Source: Nitrosopumilus sp. (GTDB lineage Archaea; Thermoproteota; Nitrososphaeria; Nitrososphaerales; Nitrosopumilaceae). From it: a DNA stretch of 64,000 nt. The notes below the pieces were generated by a model. It saw nothing but the letters and a program-made list of their open reading frames with translations, did no database searches and was not told the DNA's origin. Both the position numbers and the translations under genes were made by a program. Below are positions 39,240 to 49,719 of this stretch, in pieces. Every line of letters begins with the position of its first letter. The stretch's first letter is position 1. The stretch spans positions 1,440,001 to 1,504,000 of the forward strand of contig OZ244650.1 of NCBI GenBank assembly GCA_965218785.1, in the 5' to 3' direction.

Positions 39240-40420
39240 GGTTTGACATAGCTACCATAGACCATAGCGCCGCATAAACAGTCTCACCATTCAAACCATC
39301 AACTACAATCACATAAAACTCCACCTGACCTGTATTAGTAGGATCATATGTACACCGCCCATTTCTATCACATAATACGAGGCATCTGAAATAATTTGCT
39401 TACTTGTTACCGTCTCGGGGAATGCCTCCGGCTTGATATTGTTCATGCTCTGGAAATCTTTCATATGCCAGATACTCACACGTACCGCCATCCCCGTGTG
39501 ATTTGTTTAACTTTTCATCATGTAAGGCAAAGTCAAGTGCAATCTGTATTGCAGTCTCTTCATCTAATGTAAATGCGGGATTTGGATCATTTGTCCAGCC
39601 ATTAAAATGAATAATTAATCCTAAAGCGCCAAATTTTACATACCCTTCACTTGTAAAATCAAATGTTATGTATCCATGTTCTTGGTAAAGTCCAGTATTC
39701 GCCATCACGTGTTATAATCCGGGATGCTAGAACATATCACCCAAGTCACAGCTACTGTTTAGTATGACAATTATCAGGAATGGATTGAGTTAATGCCATA
39801 TCCTTGCCTGTCATCTTGAATCCCATTTTATTCATAAGTTATCAATAAGTTCAATTTGTTTTGGTATATCGTGTCGTGCTTCAAAGCTACGATATGTTAC
39901 TGATGAGATGGACCGGTGCCGAAAATGACATCACTGCGTATCGCAATCCCCCGTTTTCAGTATCAAACTCTGATTTTCTATCCTCTTTTGGTTTTAGTTT
40001 GTCATTTGCAGCATGAAGAAAATGTTTTGCAAACTCATCCCTATTGACAATTGGAATCGAATAGCCGGCGGGGTCTGGCACCTGTGATATCTCTGTAGTT
40101 GATGATGGTTCCCTTTCGTTGTTTGTCCCTTCTGGAATTGTTTTTGCTGGGGTTTGTGGTGTTGTGTTATTGGATGTTTTGTTCTGTGTGGGTGTTGATT
40201 CTTTTGGTGGTGTTGATTTTGCCGGAACTTTATCAACTGGGGACCGGTCAGTTATTATCTTCCAGCCAAATCTGTCTGCTGCCCGCCCGACAGTCTTTTC
40301 AGTCAGACAGGCAAGACTGCAGTTTGTTCTCTCAACTAGTACGTGGATGTACCTGCACTGTTTGTCTTGGGTGTTCTCAGCAGATGCCGAGGATGCTGCC
40401 AGGATACCAATACAAAGAGT
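39240..40420 (-). pseudogene. fragmented gene for a secreted thaumarchaeal-type protein
   Basis: Start-less frame ..LCIGILAASSASAE..CRYIHVLVERTNCSLACLTEKT....RFGW continues into ORF 39887-40081; further pieces in other frames (39400-39708, 39309-39491). Confidence 0.65.
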
Positions 40421-41530
40421 GTAACCACTCCAGGTGTAACTAATAAGATAGTTAAACTTGGAGATACTGACATGGATGGGACATGGAACTTTGTTGTGGG
40501 AAGTACCACTGTTACAAGTTTTGAGAATGATTTTGGTAAAGGATGGGTGAAAGTTGGTATGAAATCTACAGATCGAGATAATACAGCAGATGCAAAGTTT
40601 ACCAATCTTGATTATTATGATAGCCGGTGGAATGATTGGGAATCGGCGAAAATCATGAAGTCGATAACTGACATAACAAGATGTTCGGCAGATTCGTTTG
40701 TACTAGGGAGTGCCACATGTTGAAAAAATACCTCCCAGCTGTTATTGTTTTAGTTGTAATTGGAGCATCGATTCCAATACTATCAGAGTTGACAACCACG
40801 CAACCTGATGAACCAATACTATCAGAGTTGACAACCACGCAACCTGATGAACCAATGGATATTACGGTAACACCGCTAGACCGAGATACATTGTCAAAAT
40901 ATCCCGGACAGGGACTACCTCCGATGAATTTGGCAGATAAAGGCATACCATTACAAGCGATAAAAGTTTTATTCCCATATGCTGTGGACATGCCGCAAAT
41001 TTTACCAACGGGCGAAGAATTTGTTTATGGTCTGTACGACCTGTATTATGACGAAGCAACTTTGTATTATGCCGATGCCAAGATTCATTCTTTAGTGAAG
41101 AATGAACATACCACAGGAGATCTGATTAATTTAGGCATGGTCATAATCAACTATGAAAGATTATCCAATCTTTCATCAAAGATTGACAGGCTAGATACAA
41201 ACAAGTATACCATCATTGATGACATACCATCTGAAAACAAGGGATATGTATGTCACAAATGCAAAGGCAATCAATTGTTTATAGTATATCCCGAGGATGG
41301 AATAGAGCTCAGCATTGTCAAAAATGATGCAACGCCTGAAAAACTTAAAGCGCTTGTTAAAGATTTAGATCTTTGACTCTTTTTTAATAATTTCTTTTAC
41401 TTGTTGTTCTGGATTCTGGTGTAATAGTGATCAGAACACCAAAATCCACTAGTCTGAACACGATAAAACACCTTCCCTATGTTCATGGTGATGGGCTAGC
41501 CTGTGTATACTATCCAAAAAGTAGTTCATC
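40421..41530 (+). repeat. long direct repeat, copy 2 (pairs with ~19077-20307)
   Basis: Same sequence as copy 1, with 2 rather than 5 units of the 39-bp repeat. Confidence 0.92.
40717..41376 (+). CDS. membrane-anchored hypothetical protein (copy 2 of 19373-20149)
   Basis: Nearly identical protein with fewer repeats. Confidence 0.75.
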   Translation: MLKKYLPAVIVLVVIGASIPILSELTTTQPDEPILSELTTTQPDEPMDITVTPLDRDTLSKYPGQGLPPMNLADKGIPLQAIKVLFPYAVDMPQILPTGEEFVYGLYDLYYDEATLYYADAKIHSLVKNEHTTGDLINLGMVIINYERLSNLSSKIDRLDTNKYTIIDDIPSENKGYVCHKCKGNQLFIVYPEDGIELSIVKNDATPEKLKALVKDLDL

Positions 41531-41615
41531 TCCCCCCTCGGTATCCCAAAGATACTTCCGGATTGGCAGAGAATAACACTCAAACAGATGTGGATTCCGC
41601 CAGAACAGTATGAAG

Positions 41616-41690
41616 CGGGCTCGGTCGGATTCGAACCGACGACCTAACGCTCCGCAAGCGTTCGCACTATCCATGCTGTGCAACGAGTCC
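41616..41690 (-). tRNA. tRNA-Arg(GCG), intronless, CCA not encoded
   Basis: Reverse complement GGACTCG...AACGC-TTGCGGA-GCGTT...GGTTCGAATCC...CGAGCCCG folds as a cloverleaf. Confidence 0.95.
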
Positions 41691-41724
41691 GAAAAGTTTT
41701 GTAGTTTGCGCTTAATTTGGATTA

Positions 41725-42552
41725 CTATTTGTCAGAAACTGCCTGTGCAAAGATGTAGGGCGTCTCCTCGGGTTCGTGAAACGTCCAAACAGTCGGTAAA
41801 AAGACAGTCATGACAGGATGAAGCTTGTTGTGCTCCATCAGCGTCCCCCATCCTGCCTCGTTTTTTGGATCCGGTGCGTATTTTTGGGATACAGTTCCGG
41901 CAAATACCCAGCCAGTCATCCCCTGGACAGAGGGGATCAAAGCGGTCTGATCCAAGACATCAGAGGCCAGTGCGGTTCCCCCCATCTGTGCCAGGCCACC
42001 AATGAAGAACATGGGATGCGCTAGTTTCAGCGAGGAATAGTCAAAGGTGCCCGCATCACAGCAGTGCGGATGAAAGTCAAGAACAGTCAAACTCTTTTGA
42101 AGTTGTACTAGCATCTCATCGATTTCTATGCTGTACGATTCCAATCCCAGTACCTTGGCACAAAACGCGATTCTTCCATCTCCGGATCCAACATCGACAA
42201 TTTCAGAATAGCCGAGTTCTTTTGCAAACAAGACACCAATATACGCAGACATTATCCATGTTGGGGAAAACGGTGCACGGCTTGACCCATGCTGAATGCT
42301 GTTTAGCCAGTACCTGTTGATGTCGCCCTCATATACGATGCAGGATACGCCCCGGATGGTCTTCTCGTAGGAATTGTAATAGATCGGATTCCTCGTCGCA
42401 AACTGGTGCAACAAGTCCAAATCCTTTTGTTCGATTGGAAATACATCCGACTTTGAAATCGGTATTACTTCCTGAATCTGACTCTTGCCGTCATATGTTT
42501 TTACAAATTCCCTCTTCAAGTCAACCAGGTTTTTAGCAAGTACTTCAATCAT
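41725..42552 (-). CDS. SAM-dependent methyltransferase-like hypothetical protein
   Basis: IVDVGSGDGRI...SIEID motif I/II. Confidence 0.7.
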   Translation of the reverse strand: MIEVLAKNLVDLKREFVKTYDGKSQIQEVIPISKSDVFPIEQKDLDLLHQFATRNPIYYNSYEKTIRGVSCIVYEGDINRYWLNSIQHGSSRAPFSPTWIMSAYIGVLFAKELGYSEIVDVGSGDGRIAFCAKVLGLESYSIEIDEMLVQLQKSLTVLDFHPHCCDAGTFDYSSLKLAHPMFFIGGLAQMGGTALASDVLDQTALIPSVQGMTGWVFAGTVSQKYAPDPKNEAGWGTLMEHNKLHPVMTVFLPTVWTFHEPEETPYIFAQAVSDK

Positions 42553-42977
42553 CAGAGTCCCTGATCATACTGCTCGACAAATTCTTTGGTGCTCATCTTT
42601 TTGCGCAATACCTCATAAAGTTTAGATTCATTTTCAATGTTCTCTATTGATTTTTTACTGGAATCCCCGGATTGCAGGCTATTTGCAGAGTCGCGGACAG
42701 AGTCTGCCAGGGACTGCATGATTCGGGGATGTATGTCCGAGTTGAATTTCTCAGAGATCATTTTCTCAGTCTCTGCGATTTGATCAAGCAGTGATCCGTG
42801 TTCATCTGCATCAAGCTGCTGTTTTAGCATCACGATCATAGATGAGACATTGATAACCTGATAATACGTCTTGACAATCTCATGTATGGGCAGTTCAGGA
42901 TTTTCTGCAGAATCAAGCAGGATTTTCAGTTTTTCAGACTCTGCAGAAAACATGTCAGATATCTCATCAAATCCCAT
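42552..42977 (-). CDS. hypothetical helical protein
   Basis: Stop overlaps the next start; likely start MGFDEI. Confidence 0.7.
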   Translation of the reverse strand: MGFDEISDMFSAESEKLKILLDSAENPELPIHEIVKTYYQVINVSSMIVMLKQQLDADEHGSLLDQIAETEKMISEKFNSDIHPRIMQSLADSVRDSANSLQSGDSSKKSIENIENESKLYEVLRKKMSTKEFVEQYDQGL

Positions 42978-43014
42978 AAAAGCAGATAGTTTCAAATTTT
43001 TAAAAATGTTGGGA

Positions 43015-43719
43015 TCATGCCTCTTTTTCTGCCGGCTTTACAAAGACATAGTTCATAATCAGACCGGCGATTATTCCGCCCAGAATCGGGGCCGCCCAAT
43101 ACAGCCAATGAAACTCCCAAAACCCGGAAATCAGTGCGGGACCAAACGTTCTTGCAGGATTTACTGATGCCCCAGTCAATGGAACGGCAATCAGATGGAT
43201 AAGAAAGACCATTCCGCCGATCGTAAATCCGTGCCATCCAGGAGAGGCTTTTTTGTGGACGGCGCTCATAAAGATTACAGTAACCAGAAAGAATGTCAGG
43301 ACTGCCTCGATTGCAAAGCCGGAGCCAATACTGTTGTTTATCAATTCACTAGGACCGCCCTGGGTTCCAAAGTTTACCTTTGCGCCAAGTTCCGGCAGGA
43401 TTGCCTTGAGGGTGGCTGCCGCTGCAACTGCGCCGATTAATTGTGAAATTATATATCCGATTCCGTCTGTAATTCCAATCTTTCTTGTAATCATCATTGG
43501 AATGGTGACTGCGGGATTGATGTGGGCACCAGACACGTGGCCAAACGCATAGATCATCAGCGCGATTGCGCCACCGTGTGCAAGGGAGATAAACAGCACG
43601 GATATTGTCGTCAATTGCTCGCCAAATGACGCGATAGCCAGGATGACTGAAAGTGGACCAAAGAAGACCAGACCATACGTAGAGATTGCCTCGGCAAGAT
43701 ACGCCCTTGGATTAGCCAT
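43015..43719 (-). CDS. aquaporin (MIP family)
   Basis: SGAHINPAVT and GASVNPART NPA boxes. Confidence 0.95.
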   Translation of the reverse strand: MANPRAYLAEAISTYGLVFFGPLSVILAIASFGEQLTTISVLFISLAHGGAIALMIYAFGHVSGAHINPAVTIPMMITRKIGITDGIGYIISQLIGAVAAAATLKAILPELGAKVNFGTQGGPSELINNSIGSGFAIEAVLTFFLVTVIFMSAVHKKASPGWHGFTIGGMVFLIHLIAVPLTGASVNPARTFGPALISGFWEFHWLYWAAPILGGIIAGLIMNYVFVKPAEKEA

Positions 43720-43821
43720 CAAGCTAAAGCCGCTACGGTTTCCATATAAAAGATTCGAACCGGATTTGGATGGCAGGATCAAAAAGTAATTAATTATGGA
43801 TGATTACATCTGATGATAATA

Positions 43822-44286
43822 ATGATTTCAGAAGGGGACAAAGTTCCAAAGTTTGAAGCAGATGATGCCGGTGGCAACAAAGTCAGATCCACTGATTTTA
43901 AGAACAAAAGACATGCCATCTATTTTTATCCAAAGGATTTCACTCCCGGATGTACGATGGAGGCAGATGAATTCTCAAGGGACTACAAGTCGTTTCAAAA
44001 GGAGGGCATCGAGATCATAGGAATTAGTCCAGATGATGTCGGATCCCACAGGAAATTCTGTGATAAAACGGGAATAAAATATACGCTTTTGGCAGATGTG
44101 GATAAAAAAATATCAAAGTTGTTCGGGGTCTGGGGCAAGAAAAAGTTCATGGGACGTGAATACATGGGAGTGATGAGAAGTACGTTTCTTGTGGATAAGA
44201 GTGGAAAAATCTTCAAGATTTATCCAAAAGTAAAACCTGCAGGTCATTCAAAGCAGGTTCTAGAGGATTTTCTAAATTCAAAGTAA
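43822..44286 (+). CDS. bcp: peroxiredoxin, BCP family
   Basis: YFYPKDFTPGCT.EA motif. Confidence 0.92.
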   Translation: MISEGDKVPKFEADDAGGNKVRSTDFKNKRHAIYFYPKDFTPGCTMEADEFSRDYKSFQKEGIEIIGISPDDVGSHRKFCDKTGIKYTLLADVDKKISKLFGVWGKKKFMGREYMGVMRSTFLVDKSGKIFKIYPKVKPAGHSKQVLEDFLNSK

Positions 44287-44304
44287 AAATAAAAATGTTG
44301 CAGA

Positions 44305-45174
44305 TTAGAAACCTTTTGGTAGTGTGCCCTTGGAAGTTTTTGTAGATTCTGCTGCTGCCTGTTCTGATTTTGATTCAAAACCTTTTGGTAGGGTACCGCT
44401 CGTACTAGAAGGTTTAGTTTCTGCTGCAACTGCTTCTTCATAGGCTTTTTGATCTGCTATCTTTTGTTGTTCTATTCTTTGCAAGTAGCCGTCTTCATAT
44501 TCCTCTAAAAGCTGCTGTTTTGATTTTCCCTCGCTGTGTTGTGCCGCTTGTGTTACCTTTGGAAGTTTGCCTTTTGCTGCTTTTGGTAGTTCCTGTGGAG
44601 GCGGTGGTGTATGTTGTGTTTCAGCTTTTATCTGGACTCCCTCAACGCTCATATTCGTGCCGCTAAATCCTCCAAATGTTTTATCAGGCGGATGATATGC
44701 AAGCCTTGCTCTTGTTGCAAAGTACTGGTTTGATGGCTGTGTATAACCTGTAACCTTTGCCTTTTGGTCGTTCCAGTTTGATGTTGGAACCTTTCCTACG
44801 GGAGCAGTCAGTCTTACAAAGTATCTGTTGGGTGCAGGAGAATAACCTGTAACCTTTGCCCTGTAATCATGAAATGAGCTCATCGGTGCGGTTCTATACG
44901 CGTTCTCCAATGCCTCCTGAATAGTCACCGGTGGTGCCGGTTTTGTCTCAGCAGGCTTTGGTGCCTCTTGTGGTTTTGGAGGTGGTGCCGGTTTTGTCTC
45001 AGCTGCCGGCTTTGGTGCCTCTTGTGGTTTTGGAGGTGGTGTCGGTTTTGTCTCAGCAGGCTTTGGTGCAGGTTTAGATTCAAGTTGTGAAGATAATTTT
45101 GATAATTTTGCTTCCAACTCTGCGATTTTTGATTCTAGACCCTTTTTCGTACTTGCCTTACGTTTTGTTGCCAT
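44305..45174 (-). CDS. Pro/Ala/Lys-rich hypothetical protein (paralog A)
   Basis: N-terminal coiled coil, PKPAETKP linker, AKVTGY repeat core, GTLPKGF tail. Confidence 0.8.
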   Translation of the reverse strand: MATKRKASTKKGLESKIAELEAKLSKLSSQLESKPAPKPAETKPTPPPKPQEAPKPAAETKPAPPPKPQEAPKPAETKPAPPVTIQEALENAYRTAPMSSFHDYRAKVTGYSPAPNRYFVRLTAPVGKVPTSNWNDQKAKVTGYTQPSNQYFATRARLAYHPPDKTFGGFSGTNMSVEGVQIKAETQHTPPPPQELPKAAKGKLPKVTQAAQHSEGKSKQQLLEEYEDGYLQRIEQQKIADQKAYEEAVAAETKPSSTSGTLPKGFESKSEQAAAESTKTSKGTLPKGF

Positions 45175-45481
45175 TTCTTTGTGTAACTATTACGCGGTTT
45201 ATTTACATTTTGTTTGGATCTGCCCTGTAACACTTTGATTTGATCGCATATGACGGATTTACAGTGATTTTAAGGCATGATCCTGCTTTATTATGAATTA
45301 TAACGATTTTGTCAGGCATAAGCAAGCCAGTTGATTCCTAGGCCTCAAGACATGATCCCTCGCGCATGTCTTTAAAAGTGGGTGAAGAGAGTGGGTGTGG
45401 CTCTCCTGTCATCTTTGGCTGCAGATTTGAATGCATGTCAGTTGATTCCAGTCAAACTGGAATTTATTCCGGTTAATTACA

Positions 45482-46012
45482 TTAGAGCTGTTCTGGATTA
45501 TGATTTTGTACATACTGTTTCCTCAAATGATATACATACAACGATAACATGCCGGACAGATTTAATGTAAACAGGCTGGCCAGTGGAAAAAATATAAAAT
45601 TTTGAATAAACAAAAGTGGTAGATCATGATTATTTACAACCCCCATGACTAGGGGATGTAGAAGAAACAGACCCAAGACAGTCCAGGGAGTCCAGACAAA
45701 AAGAATGCCCATCTTGATCCTCTTGGATACTGCTTTGATGGTGCCATCAAGTATCTGGCCTCTAAGCTTGAAAAAATGATAACCGCCATAAATTCCAACA
45801 ATGCCGGGGATGATGTGTAAAAATATGGTAGGATGTATTATTGTAAAAAATAATTGCAGAATATTTGAGGACGGGTCATCGAGGTTTATGCGCTCAAACC
45901 ACCATTGGCCATCATAGTGCAGAAAACCAGCTGTAAGGTATATGTATATTGGATATATGATAAATGCCGCAGCTGAAACTGCCAGCAGTGATTTTAGTTT
46001 TATCGGATTCAT
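45482..46012 (-). CDS. hypothetical membrane protein
   Basis: About 4 TM segments. Confidence 0.65.
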   Translation of the reverse strand: MNPIKLKSLLAVSAAAFIIYPIYIYLTAGFLHYDGQWWFERINLDDPSSNILQLFFTIIHPTIFLHIIPGIVGIYGGYHFFKLRGQILDGTIKAVSKRIKMGILFVWTPWTVLGLFLLHPLVMGVVNNHDLPLLFIQNFIFFPLASLFTLNLSGMLSLYVYHLRKQYVQNHNPEQL

Positions 46013-46648
46013 GTCAATCAGGTTGGGAGTCATTATCAGGCCGGAGGTCAATTACCAATTTCAAATACGTCCATGTTCATCAGTAATAAACACCGTCGTT
46101 GCATTTGATTTCAGAGTGTGATGTGCAAAGTCAGTACCAAGAAAATTATTGCCAAAGATGGTAAGAGAATTCATAAGACGTGTATTACAAAAATCCCGGG
46201 TGTTCAATCCTAATGCACGGCATGTTGTACCGATTAGTGATGGTGTGAAAAACGCAAAGCACTGAAAGCCGATTCCCGGAATTACTGGTATCGCGTGTAT
46301 TTTTTGCATGTCCTATCATTTGTCAAGGTTGTTAATAAGCAGTAAGGCACTTTGTTCTTTTCAATTTGTTTTTTTGTGAGTTTTTTTTTGCAGTAGATTT
46401 GGATGGTTTCTTCATGTTGTGTCCGTTGATAAAATAGAGCCTCGCTTTAAATTTTCTATGACACTCATTTCAGTAGGTACAAAAATCAATCTGGAGAAGA
46501 TCGTGATTTGGTGTCTGTGACTGGCTCATAGGAGGGGATCATATCTACCACTCGAAGATTACAGAACCAGCATTAAATGTCATTTTATGCGTGTGTGATG
46601 TGTAATGATTTTCAGTTTTCACATACCAGATACGGGTTTTAAAGTCAG

Positions 46649-46840
46649 TTAGTCTGGTTCCCAAAACTGCATCACATACATGCAGTTGTTGCACCGCCAC
46701 AATCTAACATGGATTCCGTTGTCAATATCTACAGTATACTTTCCATCCTCCATCTGGTTTACTTTGGGAAGGTAGTTCAGTTGTGAATTTTCAAGCCATT
46801 CATTTTGCTGGCAGTTAGGACATTTGATTTTTGGAGGCAT
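46649..46840 (-). CDS. small zinc-ribbon protein
   Basis: CPNC...CNNC. Confidence 0.75.
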   Translation of the reverse strand: MPPKIKCPNCQQNEWLENSQLNYLPKVNQMEDGKYTVDIDNGIHVRLWRCNNCMYVMQFWEPD

Positions 46841-46905
46841 GCACAACATGAATGAAATCAGGAGGAATATTATTGTTAAAAATAGAAAATAAGGATGTTC
46901 TAAGA

Positions 46906-47460
46906 TTAGAAGCCTTTTGGTAGTGTGCCCTTTGCAGATTTTGCCGGTTCTGGAGCAAGCTCTTGTATAATAACCCCATCAACGCTCATATTCGTGCCGC
47001 TAAATCCTCCAAATGTTTTATCAGGCGGATGATATGCAAGTCTTGCTCTTGTTGCAAAGTACTGGTTTGATGGCTGTGTATAACCTGTAACCTTTGCCTT
47101 TTGTTCGTTCCAGTTTGATGTTGGAACCTTTCCTACGGGAGCAGTCAGTCTTACAAAGTATCTGTTGGGTGCAGGAGAATAGCCTGTAACCTTTGCCCTG
47201 TAATCATGAAATGAGCTCATTGGTGCGGTCCTATACGCGTTCTCCAATGCCTCCTGAATAGTCACCGGTGGTGCCGGTTTTGTCTCAGCAGGCTTTGGTG
47301 CCTCTTGCGGCTTTGTCTCAGCTGCAGGCTTTGGCGCCTCTTGTGGTTTTACCTCAGCAGGCTTTGATTCTAGCCGAGTTACAAGATGGTCTATCTTGGC
47401 TTCTAATTGTGCAATCTTTTTTTGAAGATCTTCCTTGGTTTGCTTTTTGGCTGCTGCCAT
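46906..47460 (-). CDS. Pro/Ala/Lys-rich hypothetical protein (paralog B)
   Basis: Same core as 44305-45174; start MAAAKKQ. Confidence 0.8.
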   Translation of the reverse strand: MAAAKKQTKEDLQKKIAQLEAKIDHLVTRLESKPAEVKPQEAPKPAAETKPQEAPKPAETKPAPPVTIQEALENAYRTAPMSSFHDYRAKVTGYSPAPNRYFVRLTAPVGKVPTSNWNEQKAKVTGYTQPSNQYFATRARLAYHPPDKTFGGFSGTNMSVDGVIIQELAPEPAKSAKGTLPKGF

Positions 47461-47546
47461 TGACTGGATGGGGATTCCGGGGTTTATGTATATTTGGGTT
47501 GACTGCCATGAACAAAACATGATCAAGTTTTATATGCATATACAAC

Positions 47547-47933
47547 ATGACAGTTGTAATGGATGACTTTGAGAAAGAATATCCGGAATTTGACTGGAAG
47601 AACACCCCGGCATACAAACATCCCGGAGGCAAGGATTGTCCGTGTCCAAAACACGAGTACATCAGGGAGCAGATCAACTTTACAAAACAGGTAAACGAAA
47701 AGGGAAAAGAGCCAAGCAAGGTCACGCTAAAGTTTTGTCCGGATCACTACAGGGTATACATGGAAGAGGTAATACCTGCAATGCCGTTAAAATATAAAAT
47801 TCTAACAAAGATTGCCCTGAAATTGGGGGCAATTCAAGTCGAGCAGTTAAAATACATGGAATCGGAATTGTGTTTTTACTGCAAGTTCGGATCCGGCGGT
47901 CACGACAGAAAAACCGAATTACCACCAATGTAA
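47547..47933 (+). CDS. Cys-containing hypothetical protein
   Basis: CPCPKH, CPDH, CFYC motifs. Confidence 0.7.
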   Translation: MTVVMDDFEKEYPEFDWKNTPAYKHPGGKDCPCPKHEYIREQINFTKQVNEKGKEPSKVTLKFCPDHYRVYMEEVIPAMPLKYKILTKIALKLGAIQVEQLKYMESELCFYCKFGSGGHDRKTELPPM

Positions 47934-48164
47934 CTATTCGGGACTCAGCAGGATTTTTGGTTTGTTCGGGGTATCATGATGACATCGCTTGCCGCATAAC
48001 GGGCATCTCTTTCTGTCAAGAAATATGCATTGACATATGTGGGAATCAAGATATGATTTGGCAGGCTGGTTTGGCTCGCCTGTTCCATTGCAAAACGGGC
48101 ATTGGGAACCGAGCAGTTCTATGGTTCCATCCCCCTTACAGACCACACATTTGTCATCGGCCAT
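47934..48164 (-). CDS. small Cys-rich zinc-finger protein
   Basis: CVVCKGDG, CPFCNGTG (DnaJ-like CxxCxGxG), HICQC, CPLC. Confidence 0.7.
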   Translation of the reverse strand: MADDKCVVCKGDGTIELLGSQCPFCNGTGEPNQPAKSYLDSHICQCIFLDRKRCPLCGKRCHHDTPNKPKILLSPE

Positions 48165-48276
48165 TACTGTTTTTCCACATATCGGAATTAAATACATTTG
48201 TTAAAAGAATTTTAAAAACCGCTGCTTTTTGTGTAAATCCAGTTAAGCTTATACTTGAATCAGATTCAGAGTCATT

Positions 48277-49719
48277 GTGCCAATAAAGGATATTCATGAA
48301 TTCATTGCAGCGCTTGAGGGTAATGAAGAGCTAAAGCGGGTCAAAACAGAGGTTGACCCCAATTTGGAGATTGCGGAGATTCTCAGAAGGGAGATGTACT
48401 CCAACGGTTCTGCAGTTCTTTTTGAGGATGTAAAAGGATGTGACATGCCGGTTCTAGGAAATGCGTTTGGTTCAATGAAAAGATTGGAGATAGGGCTGGA
48501 GATGACGGACTTTACTGAGATCGGCCAGCGCATTGTGGATATGACAAGGATGGATGTCCCATCAGGATTACTAAATAAGATAAAAAAGCTTCCAGAACTC
48601 TCAAAAATGACAGCGTCGTTTCCCAAATCAGAGGCAGGCGGTCCTGTAACGGAGATAACATCAAGTGATGCGTCCTTTGATGACCTGCCAATCTTAAAAT
48701 CATGGCCAGATGATGCGGGGCGATTCATCACTCTGGGGCTAGTTGCAACAAAGCATCCGGAGACGAATATAAGAAATCTCGGAGTGTACAGGATGCAGAT
48801 AATTGACAAGACGCACGCATTGATGCACTGGCAGAAACACAAGAGGGGGGCCAATCACGGGGAGATCTCAAGGGATAAGGGCGAGAAGATTCCGGCTGCG
48901 GTGATTATCGGGGGGGATCCTGCGACAATATTCTCATCGATTGCCCCGGTGCCAGAGGGACTAGACAAGTACCTGTTTGCAGGGATTACAAGAAAGGAGG
49001 GAATCAAGACGGTAAGATGCAAAACAATTGATCTGGATGTTCCGGCAAACGCAGAGATTGTTCTGGAAGGATATGTGGATCCGGCAGACATCAGAGACGA
49101 GGGACCGTTTGGGGATCATACCGGTTACTATACCCCAGTCGAGCCATACCCAACATTCACACTGACAGGAATCATGAGGCGGAAGAATCCGATTTATGTT
49201 ACAACAGTAGTAGGAAAGCCGGTTCTGGAGGATGCGTATATCGGCAAGGTAATTGAGCGATCATTTTTGCCTCTTATTCGGATGTTCCATCCTGAGGTGG
49301 CAGACTTTGGAATGCCGGCAGCAGGCTGGTTTCAGGGATGTGCCATCATATCAATCAAAAAGAGATATCCCGGACAGGCAAAAAAAGTGATGATGGGGCT
49401 GTGGGGGATGGGGCAGCTCTCACTGACAAAGATGTTCGTAGTAGTCGATGAGGACATTAACGTTCATGATATCAACGATGTAATCTGGGCAGTCACTACG
49501 AGGGCGGATCCGGCAAGGGATACGGTGATCATCAACAACACGCCGACTGATACGCTGGATCCCGCATCGCCGCTGGTAAACCTGGGTTCCAAGTTAGGAA
49601 TTGATGCGACTCAAAAAACCAGGGAGGAGGGATATGAGCGAGAGATACAGCAGCAGGTCAAAGTTGATGAGATAACAAGAGAACAAGTAGATTCCAGATG
49701 GTCCAGTTACGGATTATAG
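48277..49719 (+). CDS. ubiD: UbiD-family decarboxylase (menaquinone biosynthesis)
   Basis: NLGVYRMQ, EIVLEG, EGPFGDHTGYY, DTLDPA, KLGIDAT. Confidence 0.92.
   Translation: MPIKDIHEFIAALEGNEELKRVKTEVDPNLEIAEILRREMYSNGSAVLFEDVKGCDMPVLGNAFGSMKRLEIGLEMTDFTEIGQRIVDMTRMDVPSGLLNKIKKLPELSKMTASFPKSEAGGPVTEITSSDASFDDLPILKSWPDDAGRFITLGLVATKHPETNIRNLGVYRMQIIDKTHALMHWQKHKRGANHGEISRDKGEKIPAAVIIGGDPATIFSSIAPVPEGLDKYLFAGITRKEGIKTVRCKTIDLDVPANAEIVLEGYVDPADIRDEGPFGDHTGYYTPVEPYPTFTLTGIMRRKNPIYVTTVVGKPVLEDAYIGKVIERSFLPLIRMFHPEVADFGMPAAGWFQGCAIISIKKRYPGQAKKVMMGLWGMGQLSLTKMFVVVDEDINVHDINDVIWAVTTRADPARDTVIINNTPTDTLDPASPLVNLGSKLGIDATQKTREEGYEREIQQQVKVDEITREQVDSRWSSYGL

Noticed and set aside
46061-46309. 82-aa ORF
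   Set aside because: No motif; possibly a decayed membrane-protein gene, too weakly supported to call
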